Source: Octopus vulgaris (Eukaryota). Taken from it: DNA of 64,000 bases. Below, one piece after another: positions 1 through 12,400 of this stretch. Every line of letters begins with the position of its first letter. Position 1 is the first letter of the stretch. The DNA lies in assembly GCA_951406725.2 (NCBI GenBank), contig OX597823.1, forward strand, positions 65,348,001-65,412,000, in the 5' to 3' direction. Below the pieces are notes generated by a model that saw only the letters and a program-made list of their open reading frames with translations, ran no database searches and was not told the DNA's origin. Position numbers and translations under genes: made by a program.

Positions 1-139
1 TGGGTATTTCGATGTAATCGACTAGCACATTCTCGAAATTACATCGCTGGCTTAGTACGCCAATTTGAAACAAATATATATATAAATTTGTGTGGGTGTG
101 CTTGTGTGTGAAATTTTATGTATATATTTAAACGTGTAT

Positions 140-1085
140 GTGTAATGTGTGTGTAGGGAAGAGTTTGAATTTTAATAAAATTCGGTCCTCATTTCCCTTC
201 TCTCCTATCTATTTCACTAGCGTTTTACATAGTTCAACATGCTTCAGGTCACTAAAATATGTTCTGTCAGAGTGCACTATTGCAAACCTACACAAGCGAA
301 CATGTAGAAAGCAAAATAGGAATTTTAAAAGAAGTAGATATATATCTACTTTTTAAACATCGGCAGGTTAAACGAGTCCACCAGAGTAAAATTGTAATCA
401 AAAGGGGAAAATGGTTGACAGCCATTGGTTCAGAGTAACGTAAAACACCTAAAAATATTCAGAAAGAGCAAATAAAATGAAAAAAAGATTTAAAGGGAAG
501 GGGATAAAATATTTTAAGAGGGTTCAACTGAACGTAATACAGGATGGATATACAATTAAAGCAGTTTCGTTTTAAACAGACGGTGTGACACCGATATTGC
601 AGTACATGATTCGAGGTATCTGTACGGAACACTTATACGGTGTATTTTCGAAGGCACTGGCTACCCATTGGCAATTGTATCTGTCGCTTTAGTTACACAT
701 ACGACCTGTTTTACAAGGTAGTGAGGAAATATTAACTGTCTTGTTACTAAACTTCTTATTATGAAGAGATCTAGCATAAGTATTTCTATTTCTGTTAGAC
801 TGACAAGTGTCATTAATAGAGAAGCTAAATGAAGAAGACCTACCAGGATCATTATTACCACTTATGTAATTACCAATATTGATTAATCTCTTGCTATTCA
901 TATCAGCTAAATTAAGCATAGTAGAATAAGCAGATCTGTGCCTATTGAATAAACTTGGACATTTATTACAATAATTATTGAAACGATCAAAAACTAAAAA
1001 TAAGTGTAGTACCCATAGTTCTATTCTTTTACTTATATTATTTCTTGACGGAATTTTAGTAGATATTTCAATATATAGATAATAC
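140..1085 (-). mobile_element. Decayed Penelope-like element fragment (GIY-YIG endonuclease region)
   Basis: Minus strand ~720-540 reads across frameshifts MCN*SDRYNC-PMGSQCLRKY..YKCSVQIPRIMYCNIGVT..FKTK, matching the CNC-x-CP-x-CL...VY...YIG-T...FK pattern of PLE GIY-YIG domains. Boundaries are approximate. Confidence 0.5.
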
Positions 1086-1400
1086 AAGGTAGCGAGGTAG
1101 AAACATTAGCACGCCGGGCGAAATGCTTTGTGGTATTTCGTCGGCCGCTGCGTTCTGAGTTCAAATTCCGCCAAGGTCGACTTTGCCTTTCATCAATTCG
1201 AGGTCGATAAATTAAGCACCAGTTACGCACTGGGGTTGATGTAATTTACTTAATCCGTTCGTCTCTCCTTGTTTGTCGCCTCTGTGTTTAGCCCCTTGTG
1301 GGTAGTAAAGAAATAGGTATTTCGTCGGTCTTTATGTTCACCGAGGTCGAATTTGCCTTTCGTCCTTTCGGGGTCGATAAATTAAGTACCAGTTAGCCAC
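1086..1400 (+). mobile_element. tRNA-derived SINE with duplicated internal unit
   Basis: B-box-like GAGTTCAAATTCC, then core GGTCGACTTTGCCTTTCATC..GGTCGATAAATTAAGTACCAG present twice. Same family at 6317, 20120, 31733 and 53013. Confidence 0.8.
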
Positions 1401-1532
1401 TATTTATATAAGTTCAGACCCAGTTAAATGCATAGATTTCACAACCACGACTGTATATATATATATTTAAAATTTTATAAGTGGCCAGCGCATAAATAGA
1501 CCTACATCGGTAAATTTATATATAGAGATTTT

Positions 1533-1723
1533 TAATAGTGTAAAATACAATTATAATTAAGGGTACAAAGACTTCTGTGCCTATATGCTGAAGATGGACG
1601 CTAAAGCAACGAGTAAATCATAAAGTGATGATTTCGAGTAGTTAAGCGGTTTTGGCGTCTATCTTCAGCATATACGTACCGAAGTCTCTATGCCCTTAAT
1701 TATAATTGCATTTTATATTATTA
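1533..1723. repeat. Imperfect inverted repeat (MITE-like hairpin)
   Basis: ~75-bp arms: TAAAATACAATTATAATTAAGGGTACAAAGACTTC...GCTGAAGATGGACGCTAAA vs the reverse complement of 1650-1723, plus an inner AAATCAT/ATGATTT hairpin. Confidence 0.75.
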
Positions 1724-1781
1724 TATACCTCTCACTCTCTCTCTTTCTCTACCTATATTCATATATATATATATATATATA

Positions 1782-3367
1782 CAGTGGCGGCCAAAATGTT
1801 CAGAACGGCATTGTTTTCGTCAGAAAAGTAGGTATAAGTTTTTATCAAAAAGTTGTTTTATATTCTATAATTTTCACAGACAATAAATACAATATTATTT
1901 GTTATTGCCTGAGATTTTGGTGTAATTTGAGAGGATAATACAAAAGTTATGTATGATTTAGTGATTTACTGCAAAACCCATGGCGGCCAAAATGATCAGA
2001 ATGGTTGCTTTTACTCCGTGTTTTAGTATATTTAACCGGCGAACTCTAATGTTTTGAATTTGTTTACGTGATGGTTCGTTTACTAAACATTAGTAAGAAT
2101 ATTTGCAGCGTACTTTGTTAATATAATGCCACTTACTCCGTTACCAATTCGTCAGCAGATTATTATGCTTCGAAGGAAGGATAATTTAAGTATTGTATCT
2201 ATTGCAAAGATTGTTAACAAGTCAAAAAGTGTTGTACACGGTATAATTAAGGTCTACGATGATTGTGGTTCGTGTGAAGCAAGAAAGTTTACAGGTAGGC
2301 CAAGAAAAACGACCAAGAGAGAAGATCGTGCTATGGTAAAGTTGGTTAAAGAGGACAGATTTAAAACTGCTGCTGCTGTTTCTCGGAAAATGAGCATTGT
2401 ATTGAAGAAAACTTTATCTCGAAAAACTGTGTCTCGTCGTTTAGTTGAACATGACCTACAAGCAAGAGCACCTGCAGTGAAACCACTGATCAGCTCCAAG
2501 AATAAAAAGTGTCGTCTTACCTTTGTAACCAAACATGTGTTGTGGTCTCAAGAAAAATGGCAAACGGTGCATTTCAGTGATGAATCTAAGTTTATGTTAT
2601 TTGGCTCAGATGGGAAAAGTAGGTGAAAAATTGTCGCCTAAATGCCTTAAGACTAGTGTTAAATTCGGTGGAGGAAGTGTCATGGTTTGGGGGATGATAT
2701 CTGGGGATGGTGTGGGCCCTTTGGTGTGGTTACATGGAAAGGTAAATGCAGGAGTTTATAAACAACTTGTAAAAGATCGTATCTTGCCTGTGCTGAGAAA
2801 TTCAACTAAGCGACCACCCATATTCATGCAGGACAATGCCCCATGTCACAAGGCTAAGGTGGTCATGAACTTCCTTATGGCTGAAAAGGTTATTGTTATA
2901 GATTGGCCTGCTCAAAGCCCAGATCTCAATCCTATTGAAAATGTATGGAATATTCTAGGAGAACGTTCGAAAGCCAGAAATCCTAAAACAACTGAGCAAC
3001 TATGGAATGCCCTTCAGGAAGAATGGAATAAGATCACCCAGCAAGACATTGAAAATTTAATTTCCTCATGCAGTCAAAGATGTCAGAGTATGATTGAAGC
3101 TAAAGGGCTTCACACTAAATATTAAATAATTCCAGTCATTTTTGATTATTTTGTTATTTTTCAACCGTTCTGATCATTTTGGCCGCCAATCACTAAATCA
3201 TACATAACTTTTGTATTATCCTCTCAAATTACACCAAAATCTGAGACAATAACAATTAGTATTGTATTTATTGTCTGTGAAAATAGAATATAAAACTACT
3301 TTGATAAAAACTTATATCTACTTTTCTGACGAAAACAATGCCGTTCTGAACATCTTGGCCGCAACTG
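1782..3367 (+). mobile_element. Full-length Tc1-family DNA transposon, IR-DR type
   Basis: TA target on both sides (1780-81, 3368-69). ~200-bp TIRs begin CAGTGGCGGCCAAAATGTTCAGAACGG and end CCGTTCTGAACATCTTGGCCGCAACTG. Inner direct repeats at ~1982 and ~3165-3187. Confidence 0.95.
2126..3125 (+). pseudogene. Tc1 transposase (DD34E) with a single frameshift near 2620
   Basis: ORF 2126-2626 has paired-like HTH, GRPRKT and FSDESKF. ORF 2535-3125 has GGGSVMVWG, FMQDNAPCH and WPAQSPDLNPIE, with 34 residues between the second D and E. Confidence 0.93.
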
Positions 3368-3430
3368 TATATATATATATGTGAGTGTGTGTGTGTGTGT
3401 GCATGTGTATTTATGTGTACGTATGTATAT

Positions 3431-3471
<41 letters not shown>

Positions 3472-3482
3472 TGTTTGTGTAC

Positions 3483-3514
<32 letters not shown>

Positions 3515-3620
3515 ACATATATACATATGTATATGCGTATATATATGTATATATCTGTGTTTGGTTTTATCTATGTATATATATGTATGCGTACTTTTAC
3601 TATATGACTGTATGTATGTA
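3368..3620. repeat. Compound (TA)/(TG)/(TATG) microsatellite
   Basis: Direct reading of the sequence. Confidence 0.9.
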
Positions 3621-3934
3621 TCTTCGGCTGCTCTGTATACTGGGGGATATGTATATGAGTATGGTTGTGAGTCTATATTTATGTGGCTGTGGGATTGAAT
3701 TGACATAGTTTCTATGAGGTGTGTCTATGTAGGCTGTGCATGGAGAAAGTTGGTGAGGATAGTGAGTTGGACTTATACGATTTCTTGCGACTTTTCGAGA
3801 GGATTCATGCGCGAATTCCTTAAGTCTATCTTCTAACTTCTTTATTAACAGAAAATATAAAAGCCTTACTTCGTTTTTGTATCTGGCTTGCAAGATTCGT
3901 TATGGGAATTCGCGTGTTGAAACAAATTTTCTTC

Positions 3935-4159
3935 TGTCTGGGGAGAGTCATACTGCCTTAATATCAAACATACCGGTTTAATTTCCACTCATTTACTATT
4001 TATATTTGTTACGTTACCAAAGTTTTTGTTGCTTTTGCAACCTTGTCATCTATTGACAAGCATCGGAAACTTCGGAAATGAAAAATTATAAATAATAAAT
4101 GAGTGGAAACTGAACCGGTGAATGTGTTAGATATTAATGCAGTTGACACTTTCCAGACA
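3935..4159. repeat. Imperfect inverted repeat with ~70-bp arms
   Basis: TGTCTGG..ATACCGGTTTAATTTCCACTCATTTACTATTTATA pairs with TATAAATAATAAATGAGTGGAAACTGAACCGGTG..CCAGACA. Confidence 0.7.
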
Positions 4160-5056
4160 CAACAAACTCAGAGCTTTATTTCTACAGTCAATTATGCAAG
4201 GGATCACATTTTAAAGTCTAGCATTTAAATACAAAGAAACCGAAAAAGAAGAATGGAGAAAAGGGAAAAGAAACCAAAGATGAGGAGGGGATGTAATGCA
4301 GTAGAGGATGGAGTGGGAGGGGGGTTGAGCCACACATCCCTAAACAAATGGTGTGTTCAGCTACGTTCTGCATTATCGACCGCGATCTGTCAATACACGA
4401 CCTTAAAAAGACATTTGTTATTCGCTTCTGGTTTACTTTGCTATTCGACTCACTTCATGACTTTTATGGGTGTGATTTCCAACCATGTCTGATGGTTTGA
4501 AAAATTCCGTTTCCATTTTTAATGAGTGGGAACAATTGACCTTCCAGGGTATATTTTTTGTTTTATCTGTCTTGCATAGTAAAATATCTCTAATTTATTT
4601 TGGGAGGTTCTACTAAAGCAGTTTAGCGAGGACTATTAGAGAAAAATATTGTCCAGGTCTATTTATAGTATTTTAATAACGGTTTCCTTTACAACTCTAG
4701 CTACACGTTTGGCCTCCCATACGTTGGATATAAAAAGAATGGATTTTGTTAATGTGACAGAGTTGAATCCTGGACGCATCTATGATGATCCTGTATATGA
4801 TATGTTGAGTTAGTTTTCTCTATTATACATCTCTGTGTAAATATACCCTTCCATTATATAATGCTAAGTATGAAATATAATTTGAATGTTGAAATTAACA
4901 TACTACGTGGAGATGATTAAGATACAACTGTAGTCATATGGATTTTCGTTTGCATGGGCAAATTAAGTTATAATCGCAATTACACTGTAAATTCATAGAC
5001 GTTCCTTGGAAGAGTGCTTACTGTGAATTCTGCTTCATTCTCTGAATCTAGTTTCT

Positions 5057-5090
5057 TCACACACTCACACACACATCCACATACACACAT

Positions 5091-5145
<55 letters not shown>
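5057..5145. repeat. (CA)n microsatellite
   Basis: Direct reading. Confidence 0.95.
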
Positions 5146-5149
<4 letters not shown>

Positions 5150-6316
5150 CATACATATTCATACACACATATTATGATGTTGGAGAAATACTTCATATGC
5201 ACATATGTAAATTTCATATTTGCTGAGGATGATTTTGCTTTTCGAAGAGAGATAATTGTAATTTGTAGTAGTACCATGTTTCTTAGACACAATCATAAAC
5301 TATGAATGCGATATAGATATATATTTGTGACCAGCATATGAATACCGTTACTCTTTTATACTCAAGATATAATCATATATTCCGGAGAAAAAATATTTTA
5401 TCATGCACCAATATTACTTATTTATAGGAAGCTTGATGTGCAGAACAAAATTTAAAATGAACATATTCATTTTATATTTGTATCAATGATAAACTTTATT
5501 TTAAGTTTGTTTTGTTATCTATATTTGATTTGAGGGCTGAATATATTTGCTGATGTTTCGCATTGAGCTTAGAGATATTTTTCTGTTAGTGTTATTTTAC
5601 ATGTCTTTGCACATGGCTGGCTGTTAACGTCAGTAACACGGCAAAATACGACAGCACGTTAAACCCAATAGATTTAAAAACTAAGTTAATGTAATATTTA
5701 CATGAATTTCCAGTGACAGCTTCGTGGATTGGTTTTGTATTTCTTTTCTATTCTCTCATTTCACACATGTCCACGGATACTTTGTGATGCTTCTAGACAA
5801 CCCTACTAATTATTATTCAACTCAGCAGTGCTCCAGTCTTACTTGGAATGATTGATAAATCTACATTTATTCGACCCACGGCATTGCCATTTTGTTTAGT
5901 AATAAATTAGAAATTAAAAAATAATTTTTATTATGGTGGATGTTGATTGCAGGATTTACAGAAATCCTTATGAAATGCCTAGCGGTGTTTAGTTATATCT
6001 CTTTACATACTGAGTTCCAATCTTGCCACAGATGATTATACCTTCTTTCCTTCCAGGACCGATAGGATGAATCAAGGATTATAGTCGGTCAAATCGGATA
6101 TATCTCACTCCCAACATTCGAGTCTTGTGCATCAAATTTAAGCAGTGAGTATAATTGTTGCAATAATAGTTTCTGACTTTTCGAAATGTCAGTAATTTTT
6201 TGATATGGGATAGTTTATTTACACCGGTAGTAGTACTTTATTTCAACGTCTTTGAAACTATGACAGGCAAACTCAACTTTCGTGGAAGGATCAGAACATA
6301 TTGACTCGGAATAAGG

Positions 6317-6460
6317 TTCCGAGTTCAAATTCAGCCGAGGTTGACTTTACTTTTCATCCATTCGGAGTCGATAAAATATGTACCGGTTGAGCACAGGGGG
6401 TCGATGTACTCGACCTAGCACCTCCCCCGATGTTTCAGACCTTGCACCAAAATTTTAAAC
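6317..6460 (+). mobile_element. SINE, 5'-truncated
   Basis: GAGTTCAAATTCAGCCGAGGTTGACTTTACTTTTCATCCATTCGGAGTCGATAAAAT core plus tail TTTCAGACCTTGCACC. Confidence 0.7.
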
Positions 6461-6469
6461 TAATATTAA

Positions 6470-7248
6470 TGATAACCATTTGCATGCGATCGGAAAACCA
6501 AAATACTCGACTAATGGGTACAACATGCATTGAATGAAAATCAAAAAATGTGCAAATATGAAATTTGCTTGTGGCTTCTTCCCCGTAACCAGATCGATCT
6601 ATTTCTCGAATGTACTGCAACTTATGATAAAAAGTGGATTCTGTACAATAATAGAAACCTTTCTTCGCGGTGGTTGCACCGAAAACCTTCCCTAAATCCA
6701 AGCTCTTCAAAAAGAAGGCTATGGTGACTGTCTGGTGGTTTACTTTTGGACTCATCCTCTCTAACTTCTTAAAACCCGGAAAAACCATTACTGCAGAAAG
6801 ATATTGCCCTGAAATTTCCAAAATGAACGAAAAACTGCTACTCCTCCGTCCCAGACTGGTCAACAGAAGAGGGCCAATCAATCTTCATGACAATACACGA
6901 CTACAAGTTTCACTAATGATGCTCAAGAATTTGAGGGAACTCGGCTATGCAGTTCTTCCCCACCCAACTTATTCTCCAGCCCTCTCACTTACCTGCTTAC
7001 TAACTTTTCAAGCACCTTGATGGTTTCCTGCGAGAGGAGTTCAAACCGATGGTGAAAGTGCGTTGAAAGAGTTCATCAGGTCTAGAACTCTAGATTTTTA
7101 TGTTACTGCAATAAAAAAAAAACTTGTAACCCGTTGGCAAAATTGCATTGATTCTATGATATTTCGATGAATAAAATTTCCGCATTGTTGAAATATATTG
7201 CGATGAATTTCAAGCTTCAAAATGTCACTTAATTCTTACTCAGCCTGA

Positions 7249-7250
<2 letters not shown>
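6470..7250 (+). mobile_element. Mariner transposon relic, 5'-truncated
   Basis: WVQHALNENQK (WVPH motif), TYDKKWILYNN, KKAMVTVWW, LHDNTRLQ and LPHPTYSPALS motifs across frameshifts. Confidence 0.85.
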
Positions 7251-7289
<39 letters not shown>

Positions 7290-7292
<3 letters not shown>

Positions 7293-7545
7293 TGTGAGTG
7301 TGTGTGTGTTTGTATCTGTGTTTGTCCCCCTCTACTATCGCTTGACAACCTATTTTCGTGTGTTTATGTCCCCATTATCTAGCGGTTCAACAAAACAGTC
7401 CCGATATTATAAGTACTAGGTTTACAAAAATAATAATAATAATAAGTTCTGGGATCGATTTTTTCGACTAAAAAAACCTATAAAGTGGTGCTCCAGCATG
7501 GTCGCAGTCAAATGACTGAAACAAATAAAAAAAACAAAAGAACAA
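7290..7545 (+). mobile_element. SINE 3' half (Octopus OR/OK-type family)
   Basis: GTGTTTGTCCCC..CGCTTGACAACC..GTGCTCCAGCATGGTCGCAGTCAAATGACTGAAACAA, the same as the tail at 47330-47525. Confidence 0.7.
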
Positions 7546-8454
7546 ATCGAACCTCTGTTAACTTTCCTTTTATAGTTTAGAGATTGAGAAATCAAGTTAC
7601 AGGTCAACTAGTGCGATCCATTGTATTGACTAATTTCTTCGATCAGATATTTCAGCATGTGCCTATGCAGCAACAGATATGGTTGCTTGATAGGTTCATT
7701 AACGCGTCAGACAAAATACATTAGTCTTTGCGAAATGAGTTCAAATCCCGTTCAAATCCTTTCAGATTCGATGAAATAAAGTACTACTTTGGTGCTTGGA
7801 TCGATATAATCGATTAACGACTTTTTATCAAAATTGCTTGCCTTGTGCCAAAATAAAAAAATATAGATAACTACAAGAACTAATCTATTAGATGAACTCA
7901 TTTTATCAGCGGATTTCTCTTCCATATCTTCCATCGAATAAAATCTTTTGTGACATTTTGTTATTATTTGAATTTATTTCACATTAAAATTTTAGATTCT
8001 AAGAATACAAAACAAAACAAAATAAATGAACCAACAGATAAAAATAAAACGAAAATCCTTTCATTTTTGGAAGCTGCGTTATAATTCTAATATATTGCTG
8101 TATTATATAATACTTTTACAATTCATTGTTCGGATAGAAAAACTAGTAAATTGCTAACAAATGAATTTGGAAACACAAAACTGCAAAAGTGTGTCAGGTA
8201 TTTCTAGGAGACAATAAAATAAAACAGATTTTATGAATAAAACTCAGGCACAGTACCGTATGAGCGCAGACACACACGTACACAGATATATATATATATA
8301 TGCACACACATATCTCTCTCTCTCTCTCTCTCTCTAACTATCTAGCTGCCCAGACACAGGCATACAGACACACACACACATTCATCTATCATACATTATT
8401 ATTATACATACATACATACATACATACATACATACATTGGGATACACACATATT

Positions 8455-8635
<181 letters not shown>

Positions 8636-9364
8636 ACCTCTGCTGCGAAGAGGAAGATAACATATGGAATTGTACGTAAAGTTATTCTTGAATGTTTTTA
8701 ATTGAACGACTATAATTGAACGACCATAATTACGAAAAGCAATTTATCTTTGTCGCAAATGCTCAGATTGGTGAAATGCGATTCAATGGCTACTAATAGT
8801 AAATTCAACAAGCTCTAAATTCTATTTCGATATATTGTAAGATGGAAATTTGTTTGGGAATGCATGGAGAAATGTTTTATTTGGCTTTTGTTGTTTCTTG
8901 AAGCAGGATTGGCGTTCATAGTCTTTCATTCACGAAATTGAGAAATCGTCTTCCTTTTAACTTGGGAAGCAATCCACACTGCTTAAAAAAAAATCAGTTT
9001 CTGCATTAAAGGAAATAATACCAAAAAGAAGCTCAGGTAACTTAATTAGATTACATTCTGTCAATACCTGGATGTTCAGAAACCTTAATAGTAATTTCTT
9101 TTAAGTTTTGTCACAAGTCGGTGAGTTTATCATACAAACACTACTAACTGAATTTCTGTCAGTCGTTATATTTTTCTGTTATAACACCTTCAGTTAATCT
9201 CAAATTTAAAAGGTAATTGTACTTCATTTAAGCATGCAATCTCTTCATTATTTTTGTTATATGCTGACTATTCTTAAGGGATCTTTACCAAGATCATTTG
9301 TACAATTTTTTCTCTTAAGAGCAACACGATATCAATAGGTACATGTGTAGCTGCGAATATTCTG

Positions 9365-9410
<46 letters not shown>

Positions 9411-12400
9411 TATATATATATATAGCTATACATACACATCTCTCTCTCTAGTAATATTATTTATGCTGTTCAGTTATTCTGAACCACAAAGGTCAAAATA
9501 AACTAAAGCTACGGACAATCTACACTCTGCAAAATACATATATCAGTACATGTAGAAATAAATTCTAAGATTTTGTATAATACAGCAAAATCTGCCGGGA
9601 GCCCAACATATGCTGTGCTGATAATTAAACATAACCGTGAACGAGATGGATCCCTGGTTCCAAGTAAATCTTTAGTCTAGACGAAGAATAACTTGTATTG
9701 GCTCTTGTCTTACCAACAGCAATAATTCTCATTTAACTTCCGTCCTTCGTGTCTCTTGATAACGTTTTTCGTTCTACTAGAAGCCATGTTAAGAACTTCT
9801 ATCAATGTATCACTCATTGAGAATATATAGTACAAGAATGAAGATTTGTCTATGTTTAATTTACACAGTTTTCGTGTATTGATTTATTATTCTGAAGCCT
9901 AGAGTGATGCAAACTATCTGCAATATGTGCGATCAACCTATATGCCTGTGAACAACGGAAAATGTTTACGAAGAAACAAATAATGAATGCTAAAAAATGA
10001 ATGCTGAATGCTGAAAAATAAGTATGTTTAATCACCTCACACAGACACACAAACATACACACCGGCACACACACACATATATACTAATTCAGACACGTTA
10101 TGTTAGTAGCGAACAGTGTGAGAATGAAGACTTAATACCGTGCAAAAATACTTCCTTTATCGACACTAGCTCATATTTCATGCATTGTTGTTTGTAATTT
10201 TAAAGTGTTCCCCGCAAGAAATTATGGTAATCCATCTCCATTTTCGATTAAGCTAAGCTCGATTTCACGTCACTAAGATGGTGCATCTAATTAACATTTT
10301 AAGTCTCGTAAAAATATCTCGTAACCAAACCCAAAAGGAGATGGGCTACCATTAGATCTTATGTGAAATAATTGACAAATTCAAACTATAATGCTGGAAT
10401 CCTAATGTAGTATCAAATCTCTGTCCGATATATGTATAGCAAATTGTAAAATGTGTTTGTAAAGCAGCAGTAAAATTTTTACACAGCTAACTTTGAAATA
10501 TATGATTTCATTAACAAAATGACAAAAATTTTTGCTTCTTTTCAAGCAGATGGAAAATTTGATTTTTTTGTATCATTTATATATTTTTTACCGGATGTAC
10601 AACTTCTACGTAAATACTGCAGAGAAACGCAGATGTAATTTAAACAAAATCTCTTGGATAGCCTCGAAACATATTCAGTATTCATAAACCATTTTATTTT
10701 TTGCTGTTTTTAATATTTATCAAGCCAAAGAATAAATTGTCAATGCAATACACAAGAAGACACATGCCAAAGGAAGTCGAAGTAAATATACTGTTAATGG
10801 TGTATGACAAAAATATTGTCCGTTTCTTTCGGAATTTTGCAGGTGTTGTGGCTCTCAGTTGCTTTCTCTATTATGAAATATGACTATCATAACTGCATGG
10901 CGTGAATCCTTTGCTGTTAGTGTGTTACTATTCACTGAAAGTATTGTCCTGTCTTCTTCACTTATTAACCAAGTCATTTTATTCTGATCTTAGACAGAAT
11001 AGGCGACTTTGTCAAGCAGCAGGAATGATTATATAGACAAAGCAATTTGTCTGCACTAAAAATAAACTATTTCAAATGGATGAATGGTTATAAAACCAAC
11101 AGCTTAACTCCACAGTAGCACATATTACTATGCTAGCACACATTCTGGTATTGGCACAAGTAACATACAATACAGGCATAACGAGTTTAGAAGTCCGGCT
11201 GTTACACTACATAAAACCAAGAAGGTAAAATATGTATGAATATTAACGAAGAGGAATATCATTTAATAGTATCAGTTTATGGTCTCAGTTTATAGTATCA
11301 ATTTACAGTAAAATGTTTGTATATAGTATAAAATATACTATTAGATAATAGTATGTTATAGTAAAATTATAGTTTATAGTATATCTTGATGTACAAAGGC
11401 GAATGCACCCATAGAAACGTGTGTATATTTGTGTGCATATGTGTGTGTGTGTGAGCAGATGCTAGAAAGGCTGTACTGGTGAAGTTTAATTTGCATCCAC
11501 GTTGTTTGCATTCAGCTCCACCGCGAGGCACCTTAGGTGTCTTATACTATAATACCCTGCCTACAATTTCCACATCTATATACCTTTGTGTAGCTTTATT
11601 CTTTCACGGATTGAAGTTTCAGCAAAAATATAACGATTGAATAAAATACCAGCCTTAAAACAAGTACTTGAGATGATTTTATCCGAACGTAACTTTTATT
11701 GGTGCTGCAGTATGGCTACAATACGTTGAATGTAATAAGTAAAACAGCATAAGAGATATGATGCTCATTGCCCACATGGATCTTCATGAGATCAGCAAAT
11801 ACAAATTTTACAAGATTCGCTTGACAATCCCTAAATATATATTATTGCTGAGCATTGACTCTGTTAAGTTCGAAAATGTGATGCATATCATTAAAAAGAA
11901 ATATCTGCCTGTCTTCTTCCACTTAATGATAGAATTTTCTTTCAACTGAATTGTTCAAATGTCGAGCTCAAATGACAATTGCGTAGGAGGTTTCAAATAG
12001 CAGATTACCATCCTATTTGACGAATGCACATTAAACAATCATTTTAGTTTTATAAGAGCCTGGAAGACCATTTGGATAAATATGGCTAAAGCTAAGACTA
12101 AAATTAATAAAAGATTAAAATACCGTCGGCTCAGACATCTTGTTTGCTTTCATAAGTTAATTGATAATTTTTAAAATAAGTTAATGTTAAAGGATTATGA
12201 AAATGAACAAGAATATTTCAGACCAATGGCGGATAAATATTCTTTATTTGTGGGTTAAGAAGCAAACTATCGTTTTCATGTAAAGGGTTCATGTCAAAAG
12301 ATAAGTTGCATGTGCTCGCAACATTTTATTCCATTCAGTACTATTTTAAAAATCTATATGCTCAGGAAGTAGATAACTTGTCAGCTTGTCTTAAAGTAAC

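Noticed and set aside
1086-1180. tRNA gene
   Set aside because: The A/B-box-like motifs belong to SINE heads, and no cloverleaf can be folded.
1588-1670. Hammerhead in the 1533-1723 hairpin (CTGAAGA ... GAAA on the minus strand)
   Set aside because: Stems I and II do not pair convincingly.
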